This document shows, in pieces, positions 1-8,993 of a stretch of DNA of 64,000 nt. The notes beneath the pieces are model-generated. The model was not told the DNA's origin. It saw only the letters and a program-made list of their open reading frames with translations, and did not search any database. A program made the position numbers and the translations under genes. Position 1 is the first letter of the stretch. Every line of letters starts with the position of its first letter. Location: sequence record NC_016163.1. One strand, given 5' to 3'.

Positions 1-849
1 CAATTATCTAGAAAAACTTCTTGTAGATAATCTTTTAGATAAAGACTATTATTGGTTGGAGGAGTATACGAGTGATAATAAATACAAACATCTGATATTC
101 CATAAAGTTTGTGGGGAAAGATCTCTCATTAGACCTAATGATATTCAACAAGGTTATTTACCTTGTACTTGTGAAGGTAGTAAATACGAAGTTAGATTTA
201 AAAATCTACTTATTAAGTATAAAATACCTTTTGTAAGAGAATTCAAGTTAGGTAATTCAATGCGAGTAGATTTTGTAGTTCAATGTAAATCTTCTAAAAT
301 CTTTATTGAAATTGATGGCGAATTTCATGGTCTTCCAGAAAAGAAACCGGTAGATAAGCGTAAAGAAGATTTAATTAAAGAACTATTCCCAAATGATTAC
401 TTCTTTAGAGTAAATTATAATGATGATTTTGAAAATATCGTTAAAGAAATAAAGTTTAATTTAGATGAAATATAAATTATATTGCCATCTTTAAACTCCT
501 TTAATTGCTGGAACACCCTTAGAGCCATATAAACTACAACATAATCTGAAAAGATAAGTGTGAATGTTTAAAAATTATATGGATTGGGAAATCAGCAGCG
601 AAGCTTATACTATTAAACAACTTATAAAGGATTATAAGTGGTATAAGTGTGTTCAACGACTATCGAAAGTATCTATACATTGTATAGAGTAAATGAGTAG
701 AGTAGTGCCAAGTGGTAGGTATCATAATGACAATAGTTATGAATAATTCCTTTAAAGCGAAATGGGGAGCAATGGATTGAAGATATAGTCTGGGCTATAT
801 GGAAACATATAGAAGGTTCTATTTGACGAATAGAATCGTAACATAACTG
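1..849 (+). mobile_element. Group I intron (IA2-like), 5' part outside the window
   Basis: Core elements in order: P AATTGCTGGAA 503-513, Q AATCAGCAG 590-598, R TTCAACGACTA 652-662, S AAGATATAGTCT 780-791. P3 is CTCC 496-499 / GGAG 766-769. P9 hairpin CTATATG-GAAA-CATATAG. Terminal G at 849. Confidence 0.92.
2..475 (+). CDS. Intron-encoded homing endonuclease, Vsr/DUF559-like PD-(D/E)xK (5'-truncated)
   Basis: Frame is open from base 2 (the TTG at 56 is internal). Motifs RVDF...FIEIDGEFH...DKRKE...RVNY; lies inside the intron. Confidence 0.82.
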   Translation, partial: NYLEKLLVDNLLDKDYYWLEEYTSDNKYKHLIFHKVCGERSLIRPNDIQQGYLPCTCEGSKYEVRFKNLLIKYKIPFVREFKLGNSMRVDFVVQCKSSKIFIEIDGEFHGLPEKKPVDKRKEDLIKELFPNDYFFRVNYNDDFENIVKEIKFNLDEI

Positions 850-1008
850 GATACATTCCGATTAATTGGTCTTTTCTCTGATGAGGCTAATAGAGAAGCT
901 GAACGTATTATGGATGCACCTATGAACTTTGTAGATACTTCCGGCTCATTAATTCGTAACATTGACCGTGAATCTGGTATCAGTTTGTATATGATGACTA
1001 GAGACTAA
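850..1008 (+). CDS. rpoC: 3' exon of a split RNA polymerase beta-prime subunit
   Basis: Translates DTFRLIGLFSDEANREAERIMDAPMNFVDTSGSLIRNIDRESGISLYMMTRD*. This aligns with the segment after NADFDGD in bacterial beta-prime (...EAQLEARALM...LGLYYMTRD). Confidence 0.88.
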   Translation, partial: DTFRLIGLFSDEANREAERIMDAPMNFVDTSGSLIRNIDRESGISLYMMTRD

Positions 1009-1015
1009 AACTAAA

Positions 1016-1043
1016 CCTATATCCTTCTTTTGAGGGATATAGG
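1016..1043. terminator. Hairpin, CCYWTATCC family
   Basis: CCTATATCC-TTCTTTTGAG-GGATATAGG just after the exon stop. Confidence 0.8.
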
Positions 1044-1062
1044 GTTTAATTTTGTTTTAAAG

Positions 1063-1079
1063 ATATATTATAATAATGA
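1063..1079 (+). promoter_or_regulatory. Putative early (virion RNAP) promoter
   Basis: ATATATTATAATAATGA. Confidence 0.7.
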
Positions 1080-1090
1080 TAACTTAAGAG

Positions 1091-1465
1091 GTGATTATGA
1101 ATATTATACAAATTAAAGAGAACGAATTTAACGTTGATATCCCTCTCACAAATTTGAGCTTTATAGAAGTTTGTTGGGATTTTATTTTAACTAGCTTAAA
1201 TATTGAAGAACTTTATAAGATTATAGATGATGGTAGAGATATGGCTGCGCTGGATGTAACTTATGATTGGCGGCACCAAGTAAAATCTATGATATCTGAA
1301 GTATCTTGCAACTATCATCCATATGCGCAATTAACTTATTACCTTCCCGTACTAGTTGATAAAAATGCCCCTATTTCATACAGACAAGATATGGCATGTA
1401 GAGTAACTATTATCCGAAGTAGATATTATGGATTCAAAAGCTTAAGGAAGATATTTGAATGCTAA
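1091..1465 (+). CDS. Hypothetical protein
   Basis: 124-aa ORF, AAGAGG RBS, first gene of an overlap-coupled array. Confidence 0.65.
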   Translation: MIMNIIQIKENEFNVDIPLTNLSFIEVCWDFILTSLNIEELYKIIDDGRDMAALDVTYDWRHQVKSMISEVSCNYHPYAQLTYYLPVLVDKNAPISYRQDMACRVTIIRSRYYGFKSLRKIFEC

Positions 1466-1848
1466 GAATACAAATAGACCCATTTGATCTTGAAGAAATA
1501 AAAGAAAGATTTAAAAAGAGAACTATAATAACTGAAATAACTTTACGATCCCGATTTGATATGATTGAAGACTATTTACAATTCTATACTATTAGACAAT
1601 TAGATGTAATACTTTCTAAATATATTATCGACGATACAGAGGTTCAAGCCTTTCTAGTATTAAATATTCATGATACTAGAGAAAATTATATAGTGAATGG
1701 TACACGAAATATTTTCGATGGTTATTTAACAATTAAAGGTCTAGGTATAAAAGAAGAACGTCTTTTAAAATTCACTCTAGATGGATTTGACTATCATATT
1801 TTTATATTTAAAAACTTTGTTAAAGGTTTTATAGGTGCAGCTATATGA
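1459..1848 (+). CDS. Hypothetical protein
   Basis: 129-aa ORF overlapping its neighbours. Confidence 0.65.
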   Translation: MLRIQIDPFDLEEIKERFKKRTIITEITLRSRFDMIEDYLQFYTIRQLDVILSKYIIDDTEVQAFLVLNIHDTRENYIVNGTRNIFDGYLTIKGLGIKEERLLKFTLDGFDYHIFIFKNFVKGFIGAAI

Positions 1849-2165
1849 AAATTAATTCTTTCTTAACTTCCACTGAAGATTACATAGTAGGGTTTTTTAG
1901 TATAGAATGTTTCTTTAGGAACTTATCGGTAGCTATTTCCATTATTAATGGTGATGTAATAATGGGAAGACAGGAATTAATGGCTTTAGGTAGAGCAATT
2001 AATAAGAAACGCTTTATGTACTTTAGAAAAGAAGTTAAAAATTCTTTATTCGTCTTAGATAAAAAGAATCGTATGGAATTGCTTAGTATGAGTCTATCTT
2101 CCAAACCAAGGTATAAATTCGATACATATAACATAGTTAGTATAAGTTTTAAGAATGGTATTTAG
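1845..2165 (+). CDS. Hypothetical protein
   Basis: 106-aa ORF, ATGA overlap. Confidence 0.6.
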   Translation: MKINSFLTSTEDYIVGFFSIECFFRNLSVAISIINGDVIMGRQELMALGRAINKKRFMYFRKEVKNSLFVLDKKNRMELLSMSLSSKPRYKFDTYNIVSISFKNGI

Positions 2166-2517
2166 CTATATGAAGATAAATAAATTAAATATAAGAGAGT
2201 TAAGCAATCAGATAAATATTAATATTGCTGGTAGTGTAAGTCATGATAGGTTTTTTGATATAACCTACAGAGGTATAAAAGGTTTCCTATTAATGAATAT
2301 AGGAAAAAAGATAGCATTTTGTGAGATGAATGTATTTTTTGCCCATTATTCATATAATACTATTCAGTCCAATAAACAAACTAGATGGTATGAATTAAAT
2401 ATAAGAGATCGTTTCCAACGTGCAGCAATCAATCATTTTGAAGGTGTGAATATAGAACGATATGAAGAACCTTTATTTATAAAAACTTATTATAAATATA
2501 AGGAAAGAATAATATGA
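2155..2517 (+). CDS. Hypothetical protein
   Basis: 120-aa ORF in the coupled array. Confidence 0.6.
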   Translation: MVFSYMKINKLNIRELSNQININIAGSVSHDRFFDITYRGIKGFLLMNIGKKIAFCEMNVFFAHYSYNTIQSNKQTRWYELNIRDRFQRAAINHFEGVNIERYEEPLFIKTYYKYKERII

Positions 2518-2885
2518 AAATCTTTAAGAATCCTTATGATCTGCGTAAAGATACTTTATCGGTATTTAATGACTTTGATGTAGCCACAACTAGATTATTT
2601 CTTTTCCATATGAAATTAATCACTTTAATTCGCTGTCAATATCATAAAGAACCATATCCACCTGATGAAAGGATAGATGTAGATGAACTATATGATATAA
2701 GTATAAATGATGATAGTATAGCTATGGCTATATTTCCTTCTACAAATAAAAAATTGTACGAAAGGAGTAAAGAATCTACTGGTGATAAGCTATTCCAACT
2801 TTATAATTTATTTCATTTAAATTATGAATCATCTATACTAGTTTTTGGTAGTTGTAGAGGTAATAACTATTCATATTTATTATAA
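2514..2885 (+). CDS. Hypothetical protein
   Basis: 123-aa ORF, ATGA overlap, AAGGA RBS. Confidence 0.65.
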   Translation: MKIFKNPYDLRKDTLSVFNDFDVATTRLFLFHMKLITLIRCQYHKEPYPPDERIDVDELYDISINDDSIAMAIFPSTNKKLYERSKESTGDKLFQLYNLFHLNYESSILVFGSCRGNNYSYLL

Positions 2886-2894
2886 GGAAAAATA

Positions 2895-3506
2895 ATGAGT
2901 GAACTTATTGTAAAACGTCAATTACAGCATAATCGATATGGTGCCGCCGACTGGCATATTGGTCATAAGAAGATATGGAAGCCTAGAGGTTTCAATTCTT
3001 TAGAAGAGCATGATATGGGTGTACTTCTTCCAGTATTTATGGAACTAGAAAGTAAAGATACTATGATTGTAGCAGGGGATGTATTCTTTGGTTCTCCTGA
3101 AGAATTTGCTGAAACTTTAAGAAAAGCTTTAGCACTTTCTATGAAGCTAAAGTTTAATGCTAAACGAATCAGACCTGATGAACGGCCCACTTTTAATATT
3201 AAAGTGGTTAATGGTAATCATGACTCTAATGCGAAATTAGAGTATCTGAAACAAGAACGTTGGATTACTTCTTATCAGATGCATATGGAAGAATATATTC
3301 ATGGTCATCCAGTGGTTATTTCTCATTTTCCAGTTCATCCTATTTGCCTTGATAGGTGGCATGCAAATGGTCATGGTCACATTCATTCAGATTTCTGTAA
3401 AGATCCTTTAGATGAAACTAAAGAAGATCCAAGATATCGTTGCATGTCATGGGAACGTTATAGAAAACCTATGAAACTTACTGATATCTTTGCTCATTTA
3501 GCGTAA
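2895..3506 (+). CDS. Calcineurin-like metallophosphoesterase
   Basis: Motifs DWHIGH, GDV, GNHD, SHFP, HGHIH. Confidence 0.88.
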   Translation: MSELIVKRQLQHNRYGAADWHIGHKKIWKPRGFNSLEEHDMGVLLPVFMELESKDTMIVAGDVFFGSPEEFAETLRKALALSMKLKFNAKRIRPDERPTFNIKVVNGNHDSNAKLEYLKQERWITSYQMHMEEYIHGHPVVISHFPVHPICLDRWHANGHGHIHSDFCKDPLDETKEDPRYRCMSWERYRKPMKLTDIFAHLA

Positions 3507-3523
3507 TTAGTCACCTCTTATTG

Positions 3524-3540
3524 ATATATTATTTTAATGA
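3524..3540 (+). promoter_or_regulatory. Putative early promoter
   Basis: ATATATTATTTTAATGA. Confidence 0.7.
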
Positions 3541-3607
3541 ATAGTCGGATGTAAAGTCCTAGTATGTACTATATAATTCAATAATAATTTGATAAAGGAA
3601 TTTTAAA

Positions 3608-3694
3608 ATGGCTACTAAAAAATTAGGCGTTAAACGTTGGGAACTTATTGCTGTATCAGTTATTCTGTTCGCATCAATGTTTATGTGTAACTAA
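3608..3694 (+). CDS. 28-aa single-TM peptide (not in the ORF track)
   Basis: MATKKLGVKRWELIAVSVILFASMFMCN; AAAGGA RBS, promoter upstream, terminator downstream. Confidence 0.6.
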   Translation: MATKKLGVKRWELIAVSVILFASMFMCN

Positions 3695-3702
3695 TTCATA
3701 AG

Positions 3703-3730
3703 AAAGAGCATCTAACAATGCTCTTTTTTT
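3703..3730 (+). terminator. Intrinsic terminator
   Basis: AAAGAGCAT-CTAACA-ATGCTCTTT followed by a T-run. Confidence 0.75.
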
Positions 3731-3796
3731 GATTGTGGAACATAGAAAAAAGTAAAAACTTTCATTAAACAAACATGTATTTGATAAGGAATTGAA

Positions 3797-3976
3797 ATGT
3801 CTGATAAAGAATCTAAACCATCTGAAGAACAACTTCGTAAAGAATTTGAAGAGCATATGAAAGATATGTTCCCTAGTGTTGGTTTGGAAATGCAGGAGAA
3901 TACTAATTACTATTATTCAACTGCTGCCAATGTCGGTTGGGCGTTTTATCGTAATATGCGTCTCGGTTCTCTTTAA
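3797..3976 (+). CDS. 59-aa hypothetical protein (not in the ORF track)
   Basis: MSDKESKPSEEQLRKEFEEHMKDMF...RLGSL; AAGGA RBS. Confidence 0.7.
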   Translation: MSDKESKPSEEQLRKEFEEHMKDMFPSVGLEMQENTNYYYSTAANVGWAFYRNMRLGSL

Positions 3977-4017
3977 TATTTCCCTTTCTACTAATAAACA
4001 AATGGAGTAATACTCAT

Positions 4018-5202
4018 ATGACCGCAACTGCCGTAATTTCTAATGCTTCTTCAAATGCTGTTAAATACCTTGAGCAAGGTCTTCAGAATTTGAAGAATGC
4101 GGCGATTGTAGTAAATAAAGATACTACTTTAGAAGCATCTACTAGTGCTTTGGTATCTAAAGTAGCTGAGTATGATCAAAACAATGCGATTACTATTTCT
4201 CGTATTCTGAGCTATAGCTCTACTTTCAACGAAATGATTCGTACTCAACTAAGTAATATGGATGTAGCTAACCGTTACAATCAGATTACTTCTCTGTTTG
4301 ATAGTATCCGTGAAGATACTAAAAAACAAGTAGTTTTGGCTGAATCCGGCAAGGTATCCATCTTTGATAAACTCGGTTTATGGTTTGGTGATTTCCGCCG
4401 TGGCTCAGTAGCGAAACGTTTCGGCAATATTAAGCGTATTTATTCCGATGTTTCTTCAGCTCTCAAAGATCAACTTGACCGTGAGCAAGTAATCCTGGAT
4501 AGCTATCAATCTTTCCGTCTTTCAATGAAAGAAGCCGAATTAGCGGCATATGAGATCTTTCAAACAATCAGCGCTAAGCGTGAAGAAGCTAAACAACTGA
4601 TGGACACTGCAGATAATGCAGTAAATGCATCAACTGATGATGGTGCTGAAAAAGCATCATTGGTATTAGCCCGTGATAAAGCAGTCATGGATTACAAAAA
4701 GCTGGATAAAGACTATCAGATTGCTAAAGATCTGGCAGAAAATCTTAAAGTCGGCTATAATACATCTGAAGTAGTATTTGCCCGTATTGAGCAAGCTTCC
4801 GATGTTAAAGAGCGCATCTTCCAGCAATCTGTAATGTTCTTCTCCACCAATGAGACTGTATTTACTGGTCTTACTTCCGCATTTGTAGTATTTAGTGGCC
4901 TGAATGAAGGTACAAATACTCTGAATGCTATGAAAGATGGTATGAATAAGGGTCTGGAAGATTTGGCTACTGTCGGTAATACTTCTTTAGAGCGTGGTAT
5001 TCAAGCTGGTTATGGCGCTACTATCGATGCTAAATCAGTTAAAATGCTCCTGGATGCAGTAGTAGATTATCAGGCTAATTCAGTTAAACTGATTAATGAA
5101 GCTCGTAAGTCTGCTACTGAGAATGCTAATGAGATTGAACGCCTTACCAATGAAGGTAAATCCCGTTTCATTGAGCTGTCTAATCAGGTAGCAACTGCTT
5201 AA
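4018..5202 (+). CDS. TelA-like helical protein (proteobacterial 'cell surface protein' family)
   Basis: All-helical 394 aa. Motifs YQIAKDLAENLKVGYNTSEVVFARI, FFSTNETVFT and GYGATIDAKSVK match a recalled bacterial family encoded upstream of DUF6384. Confidence 0.7.
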   Translation: MTATAVISNASSNAVKYLEQGLQNLKNAAIVVNKDTTLEASTSALVSKVAEYDQNNAITISRILSYSSTFNEMIRTQLSNMDVANRYNQITSLFDSIREDTKKQVVLAESGKVSIFDKLGLWFGDFRRGSVAKRFGNIKRIYSDVSSALKDQLDREQVILDSYQSFRLSMKEAELAAYEIFQTISAKREEAKQLMDTADNAVNASTDDGAEKASLVLARDKAVMDYKKLDKDYQIAKDLAENLKVGYNTSEVVFARIEQASDVKERIFQQSVMFFSTNETVFTGLTSAFVVFSGLNEGTNTLNAMKDGMNKGLEDLATVGNTSLERGIQAGYGATIDAKSVKMLLDAVVDYQANSVKLINEARKSATENANEIERLTNEGKSRFIELSNQVATA

Positions 5203-5208
5203 GACTGT

Positions 5209-5231
5209 AAAGGGGATGAAGTATCCCCTTT
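5209..5231 (+). terminator. Intra-operon hairpin
   Basis: AAAGGGGAT-GAAGT-ATCCCCTTT. Confidence 0.65.
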
Positions 5232-5260
5232 ATTTTTAATACTAATAATGGAGAAAAAGA

Positions 5261-6583
5261 ATGTCTAATCAGGCAGTCTTAGATGTAATCAATAAAATTG
5301 ATGCAGAAAGAAGTAAATACAAACCAACTATGGAAGAATTTCTGATTTCTTCTCAAAAGAATCAGGAAATCCGTACTCAGGTTATGAAATACTTCTCTCA
5401 AAACGGAATTGAGATTACTGATAAAGCGGTTGATAATGCGGTTAATGAATATCTATTTAAACGCTTCGACTATAAGGAAAGTAAAGTAGTTGGACTTCAG
5501 GACTTCATTAGTAAGTTCCTATTCTTCATGCTTGCGGCTAAAGAAAAACAGCGTCAGATCATCATTACTTTGTCAGCTATCATGATTGCAATTGTAATTG
5601 CTATTACTGGCAGTGTAATGATAAGTAATCATAAAGCTAAGCAAAACGAGGAAGCTTATGCTTTGATTCAATCTGACTCAGTCAATTTTGTAAAACGCAT
5701 TAAAGATATGCGTGTATACACTAATGGGTTATTCATCACACTTGCCGATAAGCTTGATGAGTTAGATCATCGAGTTAAGTCAGTAAATGAACTTACTAAA
5801 CCTGAAATTAAAGATAGTAAAGATTTCTATACCGCCAATTACCAACCTCTTAACGAGAAGATTTCTCATGTTGAACAAACTGTAGAAAGCTTTAAACGCT
5901 ATGGTACAGTAATTAATGGTAGCGATTATAAGAAGCTTCAAGATAATCCTACGGTCATTGAAGCTAACGATAAAGCCTTGACTAGTATTCGTACATTTGC
6001 ATCTGATGCAAATTCTCAAGTAACTAATCTTGCAAAAGTTATTGACCGAGTATTAGTTTCTTATCAACTGGTAGCTCAGTTTGATTCAATTAAAGCACGT
6101 TATTCAGTTATGTTGAATGATCCTGCTGCAAAAGAATTCACTGAATCATCTTTGGCAACGATTAAGACTTATGCTGAAGCTGGTGATAAATCCAGTATGC
6201 AGAGTGCAGTAGATAGGCTTAACAGCTATTACACTTTATTCAAATCTCCTGCTAAAATGGAAATCTATGTAGGTAACGATAACAAATCAGGTGTAGAACG
6301 TACATTTGATAGCAGTGGTAGTAAAAAATGGTATCTGATAGTTCAGGTTAAAGGTTATGATAACCACGTCATGAGCTATCCAGTCCTTGATCAAGAATCT
6401 GGTAAAGTAGTAAATGCTAAGATTTTTGGCATTGAAGTACCAAGAGCCGTTTATCAGAAAGTTGGTTCTGAGAAGAAATCAACTGGTATGATCAAACAAC
6501 GTATCGTAGCTACTAAAGATGCAAATACCATGCAGTTCAATAATAAAATTTCTGCAAACGACGGCTTTATTACTAATTGGTAA
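5261..6583 (+). CDS. DUF6384-like single-pass membrane protein
   Basis: N-terminal YFSQNGIEITDKAVDNAV...KRFDY, TM IIITLSAIMIAIVIAITGSVMI, long coiled coil, C-terminal WYLIVQV...FGIEVP...EKKSTGMI beta domain. Confidence 0.72.
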   Translation: MSNQAVLDVINKIDAERSKYKPTMEEFLISSQKNQEIRTQVMKYFSQNGIEITDKAVDNAVNEYLFKRFDYKESKVVGLQDFISKFLFFMLAAKEKQRQIIITLSAIMIAIVIAITGSVMISNHKAKQNEEAYALIQSDSVNFVKRIKDMRVYTNGLFITLADKLDELDHRVKSVNELTKPEIKDSKDFYTANYQPLNEKISHVEQTVESFKRYGTVINGSDYKKLQDNPTVIEANDKALTSIRTFASDANSQVTNLAKVIDRVLVSYQLVAQFDSIKARYSVMLNDPAAKEFTESSLATIKTYAEAGDKSSMQSAVDRLNSYYTLFKSPAKMEIYVGNDNKSGVERTFDSSGSKKWYLIVQVKGYDNHVMSYPVLDQESGKVVNAKIFGIEVPRAVYQKVGSEKKSTGMIKQRIVATKDANTMQFNNKISANDGFITNW

Positions 6584-6586
6584 GGA

Positions 6587-7849
6587 ATGAAAATAATGAG
6601 AATTCGTAACGACCGTGAAGCTCGTAATTATCTTAAGGGCTTGATTGATCAAACAGAAGCACTGATCAGAGAGAACCATGATGCATATCGGAAATTAGAA
6701 CAAAAAAAGACGAATATTAATGGTGAAATATCATCAGAAATTCGTAAAGTTGTTTCTGATTTTTTCAATAAAGGTGTTACACATTCGTCTCAGAGTGTAA
6801 TGACTATTCTTAATCGCCATAAAACACATGCTGAACTGATTAAATCTGATGCGGATAAAGCTTCTTTATCTTTAGCAACAACAAAAGCTCAACGTGAGGA
6901 AACTGCCGTTAAGCTTATTAATGAAAAACAGCGTGTAGCCAATGAAATCAGTTGTGATGATAAAATTGCTAAATTAGCTATCAGCATCCAAACTGTTAGT
7001 ACACTTAACAAAGAAATTGATCGCCGTATTTATATCTATGATAAAAATACTATCTTCAATACCCTTTCCAGATATCATAAAATGGGATATCATGATGTAG
7101 ATAAATATCCTATCATTGGTCGCTGTTTTGGTTTATTGAGTAAATGGTTCCATTTTGACGAGAACTTCTCTACTTATAAAACCATTTCAGAAATTAATGA
7201 TCAGGTAGATAGTACTGAAGCTTCTCTGGCTAAAGATATTGAAAGACGTACAAGATCTTTTGAAACTAATAGTGAAATTGATAACTTAACTTTTACTATT
7301 AGTGAACTGGATTCAAAAATCGACTCACTACGTTCTACTGCAAGTCGGTCTTACAATCCAGAGAGTGAAGCTTATAAAGAACTGTATGATGTATTTATGA
7401 GTCGTGCTGGTTGCTTTATTTCCAATTCTCTAAAAGATTTACTTTACAAGTATAACGAAGTAAGAAAAGAACTGGAAGTACTTTCTAGTGAAGCTTCCAA
7501 AATCCGTCAGCGTCATGAATCAGTACAGAAGACATATCGTACTGTAAATGGTCGCAGCAATAGCTATAATCGGGTAGTGGAAGTAAATGACATTAGTAAT
7601 ACTGTCATTACTTTAGCTTTACTTGATTCTTTGAGTAATTCTATCAATAGTATGAGCAGCTATTCTAATAGCGCTTACCGTGCAGCGGAAGAGGCTGCTG
7701 CTGAAGAAGCTCGTCGTAGTTCATATAGTTCTTCAAGCAGTTCTTCAAGTAGCTGGAGTTCTTCTTCCTCTTCATCATCTTCAAGTAGTTTTTCTTCATC
7801 TGATAGTTTTGGTGGTGGAGGTGGATTCTCATCTTCAGATAGCTTCTAA
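6587..7849 (+). CDS. Coiled-coil protein with poly-Ser / GGGGF C-terminal tail
   Basis: Heptad-rich; ends SSSDSFGGGGGFSSSDSF; starts 3 nt after the DUF6384-like gene. Confidence 0.8.
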   Translation: MKIMRIRNDREARNYLKGLIDQTEALIRENHDAYRKLEQKKTNINGEISSEIRKVVSDFFNKGVTHSSQSVMTILNRHKTHAELIKSDADKASLSLATTKAQREETAVKLINEKQRVANEISCDDKIAKLAISIQTVSTLNKEIDRRIYIYDKNTIFNTLSRYHKMGYHDVDKYPIIGRCFGLLSKWFHFDENFSTYKTISEINDQVDSTEASLAKDIERRTRSFETNSEIDNLTFTISELDSKIDSLRSTASRSYNPESEAYKELYDVFMSRAGCFISNSLKDLLYKYNEVRKELEVLSSEASKIRQRHESVQKTYRTVNGRSNSYNRVVEVNDISNTVITLALLDSLSNSINSMSSYSNSAYRAAEEAAAEEARRSSYSSSSSSSSSWSSSSSSSSSSSFSSSDSFGGGGGFSSSDSF

Positions 7850-7857
7850 ATAAATTT

Positions 7858-7885
7858 CCCCTATCCTTCTTTTGAGGGATAGGGG
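7858..7885. terminator. Hairpin, CCYWTATCC family
   Basis: CCCCTATCCTTC-TTTT-GAGGGATAGGGG. Confidence 0.8.
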
Positions 7886-7911
7886 TTATTAACTTTTTAT
7901 AGGAAATTAAA

Positions 7912-8889
7912 ATGTTAGTATTTCGTAATAATTATGATAAAGAAGCAAATGAATTTCTTTTTAGGTCATCAGATAAATTCCTTAAAGAGTTAGGTATTAT
8001 TAATATTTCTAAAATTAATAGAGATTTAGATTGCTTAGTAGCGTTTAAGTTATTTTTTAATACTCCTACGCTAGCTAATATGTCATCTGTATTTACTACA
8101 GCTATCAATTTCTCTTATTTTACTAAATACTCTAAAAAATTTGCTTCGACTTACAATGTTGATAATAATTATCTTATTCGTTTTATACTTAAAAAATTTT
8201 TCTCAATAATTTTATTTTGTGAACTTCCAAATTACTCCAGATTACATAAAAGGTTATCCGGCAATAAAGAAAAAAGTTTGCGAGATCAATTCGATACAAC
8301 TTATGCTAATAGGTTAAGAAATACTTTAGAATGTAGCACATTCATTTATACCTTTTTTGAAGATGAATTTAAATTTGTTTTCAAAGAAGAAGAAGTACAA
8401 GTTATTGCCGCTAAGATGAATGAGTTAGAAAAGGTATTTTCCATCTTAAATGCCAATACTGCCAAAATTTATCAAAGTATTAAAAGTAAGAGTAAAGGTA
8501 TTCGTACTTTTAAAAATACAGGTTTAAATTTTCCGTTTGATAGATATACATTTTCAAGGAAAATAAAGAAACCTTATAAAGTTAAAGATACAGATTTAGT
8601 AAAAAATCCTGTATTGTGTAATTATAGCTATGATCCAGGAAGATCAATAACTGTATCTGTGGGGATAAGTGAAACTTTAATAGGGTTTGGTAATAAGCTC
8701 CATTATCAACCTGAAAAGATGGTAGAAGAGACTGGTGAATTGAATAAGTATATTTTCAATCAACAATTACCTGATGGAAATATGCAAGGTCGATATAATC
8801 TTTTTAAAGATGAAGATATCTTAGATATTCTGACTTATACTGCTACAAGGAAAGATAAAGTAAGAGTATTTATCTCTAAGTCTTATTAA
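7912..8889 (+). CDS. Hypothetical protein
   Basis: 325-aa ORF, AGGA RBS. Confidence 0.75.
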   Translation: MLVFRNNYDKEANEFLFRSSDKFLKELGIINISKINRDLDCLVAFKLFFNTPTLANMSSVFTTAINFSYFTKYSKKFASTYNVDNNYLIRFILKKFFSIILFCELPNYSRLHKRLSGNKEKSLRDQFDTTYANRLRNTLECSTFIYTFFEDEFKFVFKEEEVQVIAAKMNELEKVFSILNANTAKIYQSIKSKSKGIRTFKNTGLNFPFDRYTFSRKIKKPYKVKDTDLVKNPVLCNYSYDPGRSITVSVGISETLIGFGNKLHYQPEKMVEETGELNKYIFNQQLPDGNMQGRYNLFKDEDILDILTYTATRKDKVRVFISKSY

Positions 8890-8903
8890 TACCATTTTGA
8901 TGA

Positions 8904-8920
8904 ATATATAATTAAAATGA
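8904..8920 (+). promoter_or_regulatory. Putative early promoter
   Basis: ATATATAATTAAAATGA. Confidence 0.62.
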
Positions 8921-8993
8921 TCTTTCATAGGGAGTTTAAAAACTCCCTATAGTTTAACAATTTTTTGTAACTAATAAACAAAGGGCACTGATA

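Noticed and set aside
3988-3998. ACTAATAA motif upstream of several starts (about 3990, 5242, 8970, 26104) as a third promoter class
   Set aside because: It is short and AT-rich with variable spacing, so it cannot be told from background without enrichment statistics.
7700-7849. TCT/TCA/AGT-rich low-complexity tract as a tandem DNA repeat
   Set aside because: It is the in-frame poly-Ser/Gly tail of the CDS and uses mixed synonymous codons.
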